Assembly: GCA_964404725.1 (NCBI GenBank)
Contig: CAYOLF010000025.1
Location: 896 to 64,895, forward strand
Direction: 5' to 3'
DNA length: 64,000 nucleotides
From: an uncultured Polyangiaceae bacterium
GTDB taxonomy: Bacteria; Myxococcota_A; Polyangia; Polyangiales; Polyangiaceae
The notes under the pieces are model-generated. The model ran no database searches. It was given only the letters and a program-made list of their open reading frames with translations, and was not told where the DNA came from. Below are positions 38,513 through 47,386 of the stretch, in pieces (positions within the stretch are counted from its first letter, which is position 1; every line of letters starts with the position of its first letter). The position numbers were made by a program, and so were the translations under genes.

Positions 38513-39376
38513 ATGCGTCGAGGGCCGGTCGTTTCTGGGATCTTGCTCGCGTGCCTCGGCGGTTGCGGGAGCGACCCGCCCGCACCCGATCCCTTTGGCG
38601 GCTCGGGTGGCAGCGCTCCCGCGGGTACGGGGACGGGGGGCGAGATGGTGGCTGGAGCGACGGGCGGGGCCGCAGGCGCCCTGCCCGGCCGCTTCGAGCT
38701 TGACTGGGAGGACCCGTTCGACACCGTCGATCTCACGCGCTGGGAGCTCATGACCCATTCCTGGGACGGCAATCTCGCGCAGTTCACCGCCGCAAACGCC
38801 CAGGCGAGCGGCGGGCTCCTCCACCTCTCGCTCACCGCGGCGGACGACCCCGAGAAGCCCTTTCGAGGCGTCGAGATGCGCTCTCGCGAGACGCTCACCT
38901 ACGGGAAGGTGGAGGCGTCCGCGCGGTTCGCCGCCGGCTCCGCCGTCGTCTCGTCGCTGGTCCTCATCTACACGCCCTGGCCACCGGACGACTGGAACGA
39001 GCTCGACGTCGAGTTTCTGGGCAAGAACACCGATCGGGTGCAGTTTAACCACATGATCAACGTCCCGCCGGCAGACCCCGCTACGGGGCACCTGCAGTTC
39101 CCGGAGCTCGTGACGCTCGGCTTCGACCCCTCCGCGGACTTTCACACCTACGCGATCGAATGGGTCCCCGGCGAGGCGCGCTTCTACGTCGACGACGCAC
39201 TCCTCCACTCCGCCACCGAGGAGATGGCGCGCATGGTGCTGCCCCAGAACATCCTGCTGACCATCTGGGCGTCGGACGCGGCGGGCTGGGCCGGCCCCGT
39301 CGACTCGAGCACGGCCCCGACGAGCGCCGAGTACGACTGGATCCGCGTCTACCGCTATGTCGGGCCCGGGGGCTGA
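38513..39376 (+). CDS. Glycoside hydrolase family 16 lipoprotein (beta-glucanase type)
   Basis: I re-set the start to ATG 38513. MRRGPVVSGILLACLGGCGS, a Gly-rich linker, catalytic NELDVEFLG (ExDxE), HTYAIEW. Confidence 0.87.
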   Translation: MRRGPVVSGILLACLGGCGSDPPAPDPFGGSGGSAPAGTGTGGEMVAGATGGAAGALPGRFELDWEDPFDTVDLTRWELMTHSWDGNLAQFTAANAQASGGLLHLSLTAADDPEKPFRGVEMRSRETLTYGKVEASARFAAGSAVVSSLVLIYTPWPPDDWNELDVEFLGKNTDRVQFNHMINVPPADPATGHLQFPELVTLGFDPSADFHTYAIEWVPGEARFYVDDALLHSATEEMARMVLPQNILLTIWASDAAGWAGPVDSSTAPTSAEYDWIRVYRYVGPGG

Positions 39377-39452
39377 GCGCGCTCGGCGGCGGCGGACGCC
39401 GGACTGAACCCCGCGCGGCCCAGTCCCCAGGGCCCGACCCCCCCGACTCATT

Positions 39453-40030
39453 TCACGGATCCGTCTCCCGCCGGCCACTCCCCCGGTCCCCGGCCACCAC
39501 GGGCGACCACGTTCGCTGGGCGGACCGCCCGTGCGCGGCGGGACCCAAGCCCCTCTCTCCTCCCCAGCCCGATCGCTCTCCCCCGGCGCGATCAGCCTCC
39601 AGCTGGCGTAGCGAGCCACCGAGCCAGGGTGCGCCTCCGGGGTGAGCTATGGCGTGCTCGGCGAGCGCCTGCGGTGACAGCGGGGCACCGGGCGCCAACG
39701 CGGGCAGTGTTCTCGTGTGCCAGTGCGCGCGCAGCGACCGATCGAGGTAGAGCCTGCCGGGCGCGTTGGTTTCGGTGAACATGTCGTGCCCCGGGAAGAC
39801 CCGGAAGCGCCACTCCGGGCCGCGCCGCCGCGCACCCGCTCGCTGAGCTCTTCGAGCCGCTCGAGGTCGTCGCTGTCCGATCCGGCGAAGTACTCGCGCA
39901 TGACGTCGACGTAGTTGGTCGGCGCGGCTTGCAGGGCGGCGCGGGCGCCCACCGCGCGCGCGGATCCCGCGGCAGCACCGCCGAGCAACCAGAGGTCGAA
40001 GTTGTCCGTCGCCGTGTCGGTGGCGGTCAA
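39453..40030 (-). pseudogene. Frameshifted ORF (two coding-like halves in different frames), function unknown
   Basis: Frame A runs from TTG 40030: TATDTATDNFDLWLLGG..YVDVMREYFAGSDSDDLERLEELSERV. Frame B continues: EWRFRVFPGHDMFTETNAPGRLYLDRSLRAHWHTRTLPALAPG... Third-position GC bias switches frame inside the GC run at about 39815-39835. Confidence 0.4.
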
Positions 40031-40075
40031 GCTGAGGGCGAAGCGCTCCGCACGGGTCTTTGGCTCGGGGCCACG

Positions 40076-40666
40076 CTACGGCGGCTCGCTCGCGTCCTGG
40101 CGCAGCGCCTGCTCGCGTGGACCGAACGGCAGCTCGGGGATGGAGTTCTCGGCCGCGTCGAGGTCGAGCGCCCAGGGCAGCCGGCACCAGGGTGAGAGCG
40201 GCGAGGTGTGCAGGACGTGCAGCGCCAGCGCCAGCGCCCCCGCGTCATGGTCGGGAGTATCGGCCGAGCGGCAGGCGTAGTCGGCGCCAAACTCACGAAA
40301 CGAGTTGAACCTCTGCTGGGCCTCGCGCGCCAAGGGCGTTACGCGCTCCCAGAACCCGGGTTCCGTCATGAAGCCCTCGCGCACTCCCCAGCCCGCTGCG
40401 GCCACGAAGCAGGCGATGCTGAAGCCCCGGTGCTCGCTCGCCCGTTCGATCTTGGCGAGGGTCACTAGCAGGCTTCGACGCGAGGTCACGTCCCAGTCAT
40501 CTTCGAGCGCGGTCCCGCCGACCCGGTCCCGATTGCGGGTGATCGGTGCGCCGCCGATCCACTCGTGGCTGAGCTCGTAGTCCTGGTGCACTGGAGCGGC
40601 GAGCGACAGGATCCAACGCTGGGCGACCGTGAGTTGCATGAGGAACAGCTCTGTTCGATGGGTCAT
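40076..40666 (-). CDS. DUF1266-like protein
   Basis: ..DWDVTSRRSLLVTLAKIE..FSIACFVAAAGWGVREGFMTEPGFWERVTPLAREAQQRFNSFREFGADYA..SPWCRLPW. This fits the DUF1266 pattern as I remember it. Confidence 0.65.
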   Translation of the reverse strand: MTHRTELFLMQLTVAQRWILSLAAPVHQDYELSHEWIGGAPITRNRDRVGGTALEDDWDVTSRRSLLVTLAKIERASEHRGFSIACFVAAAGWGVREGFMTEPGFWERVTPLAREAQQRFNSFREFGADYACRSADTPDHDAGALALALHVLHTSPLSPWCRLPWALDLDAAENSIPELPFGPREQALRQDASEPP

Positions 40667-40804
40667 CCTAGAGGCGCAATCCCCGCTGAATCAACCGAGA
40701 TGCCAGCGTGCGGCCGGGCGAGCCATCCCTCGGAGAGAAGCCGGGTGCAGAGGTGCGGCTCTGTGGGCTTGGCGGTGCTACCGGGATGGCGGCCCGGGAC
40801 GGAA

Positions 40805-42238
40805 TCACGGCCCGGCGCCGATAGGCCCGAACATACGGAAGAGGTCGGGGGGCGTCGCGAACGCGACCGCCGAGAGGACGTAGCCACCCGCGGGGTGATG
40901 CGAGCAGGCACCCGCGAACACGCGCTCGCCCGCGTCAACCCGCGCGACGACGATGGGTGCCCCCTGGCTGTCCCGTTCGATGCCGTCGCCGGCTCGAGGG
41001 AAGACCAGGCACCCTCGGTAGCCCGCTCCCGTGACGCCCCCCGGCAACGATACCGGTCCCGCCGGCGACGCGATGAGGTACCGCTTGCCGCCGCTCTCGA
41101 ACAGGTGCGCGGCGTTCAGCTGAAGGTCCTCGCCTCCGACGCAGGGTGCGTCCGCGGCGTCGAGCAGCGTGCCAGCGTGAGACCAGGAGGCGCCGTGGTC
41201 GAGCGAGCGCAAGAGTCCGATGCGGATCCCGTGCTGCACTCCGGCCGGCGCCACGCAGCCGACCGCGAGCTCGAGCGCGCCCGTCGTCGGATCGAGCGCT
41301 CCCGACGGCTCCGTGAGCGCGACGCAATCCTCGAGCCCGCCGAGCGCGGTGGTCACCTGGGGCGCCTGCAGCGACGATGGCCAGGCCGAGGGCCACCCGA
41401 TGATCGGTGCCGGCGCCGACCACGGCCCGGCGGCGGTAGCCGCGGTGCCCATCCGCAGCTGACCGTACTGGTAACGGAGCCGCGGCGTGTTCGGGTCTTC
41501 GGGATCTGGCGAGAGCACGACGTAGCTGTGTGTGAACAGCTTCCACCGTCCAGAGGGGTCCGGATCCGCAGTATCCTCAACCAGGCCCGAAACCTCGTGC
41601 ACGAGCGTCGCGTTGGGGCAGGTCCCGCCCGGACAGTCCGCGTCGCCGGCTGCTTCGACGAGCAGTCCCTCCTCCGGCGCGTTGGCGATGGCCGCGAAGA
41701 CGAAGCTCAGGCCGCCGTCCGTGGACACGGCGATCCGCGTGTGGAGCTGCCGGCGTGCGAGATCGACGCTGGTGTAGCTCATCGCCAGGGAGCCGTCCGC
41801 CGCGCTGACGATCGAGGGATCGAAGGTGCCGATCTCCGAGCCAGGCGGGTCACCCGCGATGCGGAGGCGTGAGACTTCGCCCTCGGGATCCACCGTGATG
41901 GGGGCGGGAAGCGCGACGGGACACCCAGTGGAAGCACTCTGCCCACCGGGCGCGGCCCCCGCGTCGCCGCCCGCGGCCCCAGCAGCGCCGGCATCGGTTC
42001 CAGGGGCGCCGCTACCCTCGGCTGCGCCCCTGCCCGCGCCTCCGGCGGTGCCGGCGTGGGCTGCGGTGTCGGCACCACCGTTGGCGGAGGGAGACGGTGA
42101 AACCGACGTGCGGCCGCGGTCGCACGCCGCGCCGACGAGCGCCAGCGTGCACGCAGTCGCCCAGCGGCGTCGGCGCTCGATGAACCTCGCGCCCGGTGCC
42201 CCGCGCCGCGCACCGCCCAACCGCGCCTGACCCTGCAT
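40805..42238 (-). CDS. BNR/Asp-box (sialidase-like beta-propeller) lipoprotein
   Basis: I re-set the start to ATG 42238. ..ACTLALVGAACD lipobox, a Gly/Ala linker, Asp-boxes STDGGLSF and SLDHGASW. Confidence 0.72.
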   Translation of the reverse strand: MQGQARLGGARRGAPGARFIERRRRWATACTLALVGAACDRGRTSVSPSPSANGGADTAAHAGTAGGAGRGAAEGSGAPGTDAGAAGAAGGDAGAAPGGQSASTGCPVALPAPITVDPEGEVSRLRIAGDPPGSEIGTFDPSIVSAADGSLAMSYTSVDLARRQLHTRIAVSTDGGLSFVFAAIANAPEEGLLVEAAGDADCPGGTCPNATLVHEVSGLVEDTADPDPSGRWKLFTHSYVVLSPDPEDPNTPRLRYQYGQLRMGTAATAAGPWSAPAPIIGWPSAWPSSLQAPQVTTALGGLEDCVALTEPSGALDPTTGALELAVGCVAPAGVQHGIRIGLLRSLDHGASWSHAGTLLDAADAPCVGGEDLQLNAAHLFESGGKRYLIASPAGPVSLPGGVTGAGYRGCLVFPRAGDGIERDSQGAPIVVARVDAGERVFAGACSHHPAGGYVLSAVAFATPPDLFRMFGPIGAGP

Positions 42239-42273
42239 TCGCCTAGGCTGCCTCAGACAGCGGCGGCTGACCA

Positions 42274-42290
42274 GCTCGGCGCTGCCGAGC
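42274..42290 (-). terminator. Short hairpin between hypE and the BNR gene
   Basis: GCTCGGC-gct-GCCGAGC, a 7-bp stem with a 3-nt loop. Confidence 0.25.
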
Positions 42291-42318
42291 CAGGCGCGTG
42301 GAGCGTGGGGCGCGGGGG

Positions 42319-43377
42319 TCAGCAGATCCGCGGGAGCTGCTCGCCGCTCAGCATGTCCACGATGCGCGACGAGCCGATGCGGCTGCGGAGCACCACGCGA
42401 CCGGACGGTCCCGCGACGACCTTCCCGATCACCGCCGCGTCGCGCCCGAACGGGTGCGCCCGCATCGCCTCCAGGGCGCGATCGACGGAGCCGGGGGCCA
42501 CCAAGGCCAGGCACTTGCCCTCGTTGGCCACGTAGAGCGGGTCGAAGCCGAGCAGCTCACAGGCCCCGCGGACCGCCTCACGGACGGGCAGGCGCGCCTC
42601 GTCGAGCTCGATCCCCACCCCGGCGGCCGTGGCGATCTCGTTGAGGGCGCTGGCGACGCCTCCCCGGGTCGGGTCGCGCAGGACGTGGACGTCGTCGCCG
42701 GCCGCCGCGAGCACGGCGGCGACCAAGCCGTGGAGCGGCGCCGAGTCGCTGGTGAGCGCCGTCTCGAAGCGGAGCCCCTCGCGGACGCTGAGGACGGCGA
42801 TCCCGTGGTCGGCGAGGGTGCCGCTCACCAGCACGACGTCCCCCGGCGCCGCTCGCCGCGGATCGATCGCGATGCCCGGCGGCATCAGGCCGATCCCCGC
42901 CGTGTTGATGTAGACGCCGTCGCCCTTACCCCGGTCCACCACCTTGGTGTCCCCGGTGACGATGGCGACCTCGGCGGCGGCCGCGGCCTCCCGCATCGAC
43001 GCCACGACCCGCTCGAGGTCTGCCATCGGGAAGCCCTCCTCGAGGATGAAGCCGGCGGAGAGGACGAGCGGCCTGGCGCCGCACATCGACAGATCGTTGA
43101 CCGTGCCGTGTACGGCGAGCGAGCCGATGTCGCCGCCCGGGAAGAAGAGGGGGCGGACCACGTACGAGTCCGTGGAGAAGGCGAGGCGCACCCCGGCGAC
43201 GTCGAGCAGGGCGCCGTCGTGCAGCGCCGCCAGCGCCGGGTTGGCGAAGGCGGGCAGGAAGAGCCCCTCGACCAGCTGCTGGGAGAGCCGCCCGCCCCCC
43301 CCGTGCGCGAGCTGCACCGTGGCGTGGCGAGCGATGGGCGCGGGGCAGGTGACGTCGAGGGGGTTCGGCTTGGGCAT
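42319..43377 (-). CDS. hypE: Hydrogenase maturation protein HypE
   Basis: I re-set the start to ATG 43377. AIR-synthase-like fold motifs. C-terminal ..GEQLPRIC. Confidence 0.95.
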   Translation of the reverse strand: MPKPNPLDVTCPAPIARHATVQLAHGGGGRLSQQLVEGLFLPAFANPALAALHDGALLDVAGVRLAFSTDSYVVRPLFFPGGDIGSLAVHGTVNDLSMCGARPLVLSAGFILEEGFPMADLERVVASMREAAAAAEVAIVTGDTKVVDRGKGDGVYINTAGIGLMPPGIAIDPRRAAPGDVVLVSGTLADHGIAVLSVREGLRFETALTSDSAPLHGLVAAVLAAAGDDVHVLRDPTRGGVASALNEIATAAGVGIELDEARLPVREAVRGACELLGFDPLYVANEGKCLALVAPGSVDRALEAMRAHPFGRDAAVIGKVVAGPSGRVVLRSRIGSSRIVDMLSGEQLPRIC

Positions 43378-43412
43378 GTTCGAACTCGGGGAAGCGGCGG
43401 GCCGGGCGGCGG

Positions 43413-44498
43413 CTAGCCGCGGCCGTACTTGAAGTAGGCGGCGCAGGCGCCCTCGCTCGACACCATGGGGGCGCCGAGGGGGTGCTCGGGGGTGCAGCCG
43501 CGACCGAACTCGGGGCAGCTCGGGGGGCGGGCGAGGCCCCGGAGGACGGCGCCGGCGATGCAGGCCTCTGGCTCGGCGGCGACGACGCCCGCGACGTCGA
43601 AGCGCCGCTCGGCGTCGAAGCGGGCGTAACGGGGGCGGAGGCGATAGCCGCTCTGCGGGATGAGACCGATGCCGCGCCACTGTCGATCGCAGGGCTCGAA
43701 GACGTCGGCCAGCAGGCGCTGGGCGTGCAGGTTCCCCTCGCGGGTGACGCACCGCACGTACTGGTTCTCGACGCCGTGCCGCCCTTGCTCGAGCATCGCG
43801 AGGAGCCGGTGCAGCCCCTCCAGCAGATCGAGCGGCTCGAACCCGGTGGGGACGATGGGGACGCGGTACCGCGCCGCGATCGGCTCGTACTCGTGGTAGC
43901 CCATCACTGCGCACACGTGGCCCGCGCCGAGGAAGCCCTGCACCAGGTTGTCCTCGGCGGCGAGGAGCGCCTCCATCGCCGGCGGGACGAGCACATGGCT
44001 CGAGAGGAGCGAGAAGTTGTCGAGCCCCTGGCGATCCGCCATCAGGACCGCCATCGCCGCGCCCGGCGCCGTCGTCTCGAAACCGACCCCGAAGAAGACC
44101 ACCTGCCGGTCGCGGTTGGCCGCGGCGAGCTTGGCCGCGTCCAGGGCCGAGTAGACCATGCGCACGTCGGCGCCCTCGCTCTTGGCACCATAGAGGTCTG
44201 TGGTCGAGCCGGGGACGCGGAGCATGTCGCCGAACGAGGTGAGGATCACGCCGGGGTGGCGGGCGATGGTGATGGCGCGATCGATGAGCTCGACCGGGGT
44301 CACGCACACCGGACAGCCCGGGCCGTGCACGAGCGTCACCTCCGGGGGCAGGAGCTGGTCGAGCCCGTACTTCATGATGGCGTGGGTCTGGCCCCCGCAG
44401 ATCTCCATCACGGTCCACGGCCGGGTCACCTGGCGCCGGATCGCGGCGGCGAAGGCGCGCGCCTCGGCCTCGCCCCGGTACTCGTCGACGTACTTCAC
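43413..44498 (-). CDS. hypD: Hydrogenase maturation protein HypD
   Basis: GTG 44498 (VKYVDEYRG). [20 protein letters not shown]. Confidence 0.95.
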   Translation of the reverse strand: MKYVDEYRGEAEARAFAAAIRRQVTRPWTVMEICGGQTHAIMKYGLDQLLPPEVTLVHGPGCPVCVTPVELIDRAITIARHPGVILTSFGDMLRVPGSTTDLYGAKSEGADVRMVYSALDAAKLAAANRDRQVVFFGVGFETTAPGAAMAVLMADRQGLDNFSLLSSHVLVPPAMEALLAAEDNLVQGFLGAGHVCAVMGYHEYEPIAARYRVPIVPTGFEPLDLLEGLHRLLAMLEQGRHGVENQYVRCVTREGNLHAQRLLADVFEPCDRQWRGIGLIPQSGYRLRPRYARFDAERRFDVAGVVAAEPEACIAGAVLRGLARPPSCPEFGRGCTPEHPLGAPMVSSEGACAAYFKYGRG

Positions 44499-44800
44499 GG
44501 AGCCTCGCGGTCGCGGGAGCCGGCGGGAGGACCCTCGGCTCCCGCTGCGTCTCCGGGTCGCGGCTCCGCGGCGAGGCGATCGATCTCGCCGAGGTAGGTA
44601 AACACCTCGGCTGCCTCGGCCTCGCTCAGCTTGCTGATGGAGAACCCGGCGTGCACGAGGACGTAGTCGCCGACCGTGGCGTCGGGAGTGCACGCGAAGC
44701 ACACCTCGCGGACGATGCCACCGAACTCGACCTTGCCCATCGGCAGCTCTGCTCCTGGCTCACCGCCGGCGACCACCTTGCCCGGGACCCCTAGGCACAT
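44495..44800 (-). CDS. hypC: Hydrogenase maturation chaperone HypC
   Basis: [10 protein letters not shown].. Overlaps hypD by 4 nt (GTGA). Has a short Pro/Ala-rich tail. Confidence 0.93.
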   Translation of the reverse strand: MCLGVPGKVVAGGEPGAELPMGKVEFGGIVREVCFACTPDATVGDYVLVHAGFSISKLSEAEAAEVFTYLGEIDRLAAEPRPGDAAGAEGPPAGSRDREAP

Positions 44801-44835
44801 CGTCTCGTCCTTTCGCTGCCGGCCTTCCGTCGCGC

Positions 44836-47211
44836 TCACCCGGCCGACGCCGCCACCGCTGCCGCGGCGATCACCGCCTGCCCGAGGCTGACGCCTCCGT
44901 CGTTCGCCGGCACCTCCCGGTGCAGGAGCACCCGGAAGCCGGCCTTGGTGAGTAGCACGTTCGCGCGCTCCGTCAGGCAACGATTCTGGAAGCAGCCCCC
45001 GGTGAGCGCCACCGTGGCCGCCCCCACGTGGTGCGCCGCGGTGACCACGGCAGCAGCGAGCCCCTCGTGGAAGCGCGCGGCGATGGTGGCCGGCGCCGCG
45101 CCGTGCTCGAGATCGCCGAGCGTGGCCTCGAGCAGGGGGCCCCAGTCGAGGAGCGCGGGCTCGTCGGGGGGGCCGGCGACCAGCGGGCAGGGATAGGCGC
45201 CCGGCTCTCCGGCGGCCCCGAGCGCGGCGAACTCGAGCGTCATCGCCGCCTGTCCCTCGAAGCGGACGCGCGGTCGACCACCGACCAAGGCGGCGACAGC
45301 GTCGAAGAGCCGCCCGGCGCTGGTGGTCACGGGCGAGTTCAGGCCGCGCTCGAGCATCCCCTCGAGCACGGTGCGCTCCGCGTCCGAGAAGGCGGCGAGC
45401 GGAGCGGCGCCGAGCCGCGCGGCGCGCTCGAGCAGGCCCGCGGCGTGGAGGACGGCGAGCGCGGACCGGCGCGGCTCCAGGGCCGCCGCGTCGCCACCCG
45501 GAAGGCGGAACGGGCGCAGGTGCACCAGGCGCCGGTAGCCCCGCGCGTCCCCGAGCAGGAACTCGCCGCCCCAGAGGGTGCCGTCGGGGCCGAGCCCGGC
45601 GCCGTCCCAGGTGACGCCGAGCGCCGGGCCCTCGTGGCGGTGCTCGGCGAGGCAGGCGGCGAGGTGCGCGTGGTGGTGCTGCACCGCGATCGGGCGCGCC
45701 GCGGCGAGCCGGGCCTGCCACTCGGGGGCGCCGGGGCGAGCGCCGGCGGCGCGTGCGGCGAGGAGCCACGCGGTGGACGCATAGTCAGGGTGCAGATCGT
45801 GGGCCACCGCGACCGGTGCCGCCGCGTACAGCGCGAGGAAGTCCTGCACCACGCGGGCGTGCGCGTCCGCAGCCACCGCGTTGCCGAGATCCCCAACGTG
45901 CTGGCTCAGGAAGGCCTCGTCGCCCACGATCAGCGTGACGGTGTTCTTCAGGTGCGGGCCGACCGCGAGGACAGAGGGGGCCGGGCCCGCCAGGCGCAGG
46001 GGCCGCGGGGCGAAGCCGCGGGAGCGACGGACGAGCTGGGGCGCGCCCGCGACGATGGCGACCACGCTGTCGTCCACCTGCCGGGCGATGGGGCGGTCGT
46101 GGACGAGGAAGCGATCGGCGAGGTGGCCGAGGCGCGCGAGCGCCTCGGCCGGCGCGGTGCAGATGGGCTCCTCGCTGGCGTTGCCACTGGTCGCCACCAC
46201 CGGGAACCCGAGCGCCTCGAGCAGCAGCCGGTGCAGGGGCGTGTACGGGAGCATCACGCCCAGCAGGGGGTTGTCGGGCGCCACCTCGGCGGCCAGGGCG
46301 GCCCCCGGGCGCCGCGGGAGCAGCACGATCGGCGCCTCCGGGCCGGTGAGCAGGGCGCGCGCCGCCGCGTCGACCAGGCAGAGCTCTTCGGCCGCCGCGA
46401 GCGAGGGCGCCATCACGGCGAGCGGCTTCTCCCAGCGGGCCTTGCGCGCGCGGAGCTCGTGCACGGCCGCGGCGCTCCGCGCGTCGACCACCAGGTGGAA
46501 CCCGCCGAGGCCGTGCAGGGCCAGGATCCCGCCGTCGCGGATCAGCGCCGCCGCTTCGGCGAGGGCCTCGCCGCCGCGGGCCAGGGGCGAGCCCGACCGT
46601 TCGAGGAGCGTGAGCGAGGGGCCGCAGTCGGGGCACGCGTTGGGCTGGGCGTGGAACCGCCGGTCCTCCGGGTCGGCGTACTCGGCCGCGCAGCGCGGGC
46701 ACATCGCGAAGCCGCTCATGGTCGTGTGGGGCCGGTCGTAGGGCAGCCGCTCGATGATGCTGAAGCGGGGCCCGCAGCGGGTGCAGTTGGTGAAGGGGTA
46801 GCCGTAGCGGCGATCCGCCGGGTCGGTGAGCTCGCGTGCGCAGTCCGCGCAGGTGGCCAGATCCGGGAGAAGGATCGCGGTGGGTGGGCCCACCCCCAGG
46901 CTGGCTCGGATGGCGAATGCGACTTGTCCCCGAGGCGTGACGCGCGCGCGCGCGACGATCTCGGGCGTGGACGCCGGCGGCTTGTCGCGCAGGAGCCGGC
47001 GCTCGAACTCCGCGAGCGCGGCCGGCGGCCCCTCGACCTCGAGGGAGACCCCGCCTGGGTCGTTGACCACCTCGCCGCCGAGTCCGAGCTCCTTGGCCAG
47101 TCGGTGCACGAACGGTCGGAAGCCGACGCCCTGGACGGCCCCCCGCAGGCGCAGCCGCCGGCGCTCGCGCAAGCTCGGATCGGGGACGGCGGACATCGAC
47201 GCGGGGAGCAT
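44836..47211 (-). CDS. hypF: Carbamoyltransferase HypF
   Basis: 791 aa. Acylphosphatase domain (VQGVGFRPFV), two CxxC..CxxC zinc fingers (CADC..CTRCGPRF; CPRC..CPDCGP), YrdC-like and Kae1-like domains. Confidence 0.95.
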   Translation of the reverse strand: MLPASMSAVPDPSLRERRRLRLRGAVQGVGFRPFVHRLAKELGLGGEVVNDPGGVSLEVEGPPAALAEFERRLLRDKPPASTPEIVARARVTPRGQVAFAIRASLGVGPPTAILLPDLATCADCARELTDPADRRYGYPFTNCTRCGPRFSIIERLPYDRPHTTMSGFAMCPRCAAEYADPEDRRFHAQPNACPDCGPSLTLLERSGSPLARGGEALAEAAALIRDGGILALHGLGGFHLVVDARSAAAVHELRARKARWEKPLAVMAPSLAAAEELCLVDAAARALLTGPEAPIVLLPRRPGAALAAEVAPDNPLLGVMLPYTPLHRLLLEALGFPVVATSGNASEEPICTAPAEALARLGHLADRFLVHDRPIARQVDDSVVAIVAGAPQLVRRSRGFAPRPLRLAGPAPSVLAVGPHLKNTVTLIVGDEAFLSQHVGDLGNAVAADAHARVVQDFLALYAAAPVAVAHDLHPDYASTAWLLAARAAGARPGAPEWQARLAAARPIAVQHHHAHLAACLAEHRHEGPALGVTWDGAGLGPDGTLWGGEFLLGDARGYRRLVHLRPFRLPGGDAAALEPRRSALAVLHAAGLLERAARLGAAPLAAFSDAERTVLEGMLERGLNSPVTTSAGRLFDAVAALVGGRPRVRFEGQAAMTLEFAALGAAGEPGAYPCPLVAGPPDEPALLDWGPLLEATLGDLEHGAAPATIAARFHEGLAAAVVTAAHHVGAATVALTGGCFQNRCLTERANVLLTKAGFRVLLHREVPANDGGVSLGQAVIAAAAVAASAG

Positions 47212-47244
47212 TGGTCAGAACGGGCGCAGCCTCAAGCCGGGGGG

Positions 47245-47274
47245 GGCGCGCCGGGTTTCCCCGGGCCGCGCGCC
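47245..47274 (-). terminator. Strong GC hairpin with a GAAA tetraloop between the hybrid kinase and hypF
   Basis: Minus strand GGCGCGCGGCCCGGG-GAAA-CCCGGCGCGCC. No U tract. Confidence 0.3.
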
Positions 47275-47386
47275 GTTAGACCGAGGAAGCGCCGTCGTGG
47301 CAGGAGCCGGAGGGATTGAGGAGCACCGTTCTCCCGGATCGGAGCGACGGGTCAGCGGCCACCCCGGGGATCCGGCGATCGTCACC

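Noticed and set aside
43378-44418. N-terminal 347 codons of track ORF 42319..44418, and similar over-extended starts (15034, 28508, 36114, 37171, 37511, 38414, 42514, 24640, 12976, 63091)
   Set aside because: The extensions overlap neighbouring genes in another frame and are Arg/Pro-rich. Conserved N-termini, SD motifs or 4-nt overlaps support the internal starts I used.
45028-47319. 763-aa plus-strand ORF, and the other long ORFs across the hyp region (for example 45785..46702, 45339..45896, 43482..44597)
   Set aside because: They mirror hypF, hypC and hypD in a high-GC genome. Their composition is low-complexity Arg/Gly/Pro, while the opposite strand has intact Hyp motifs.
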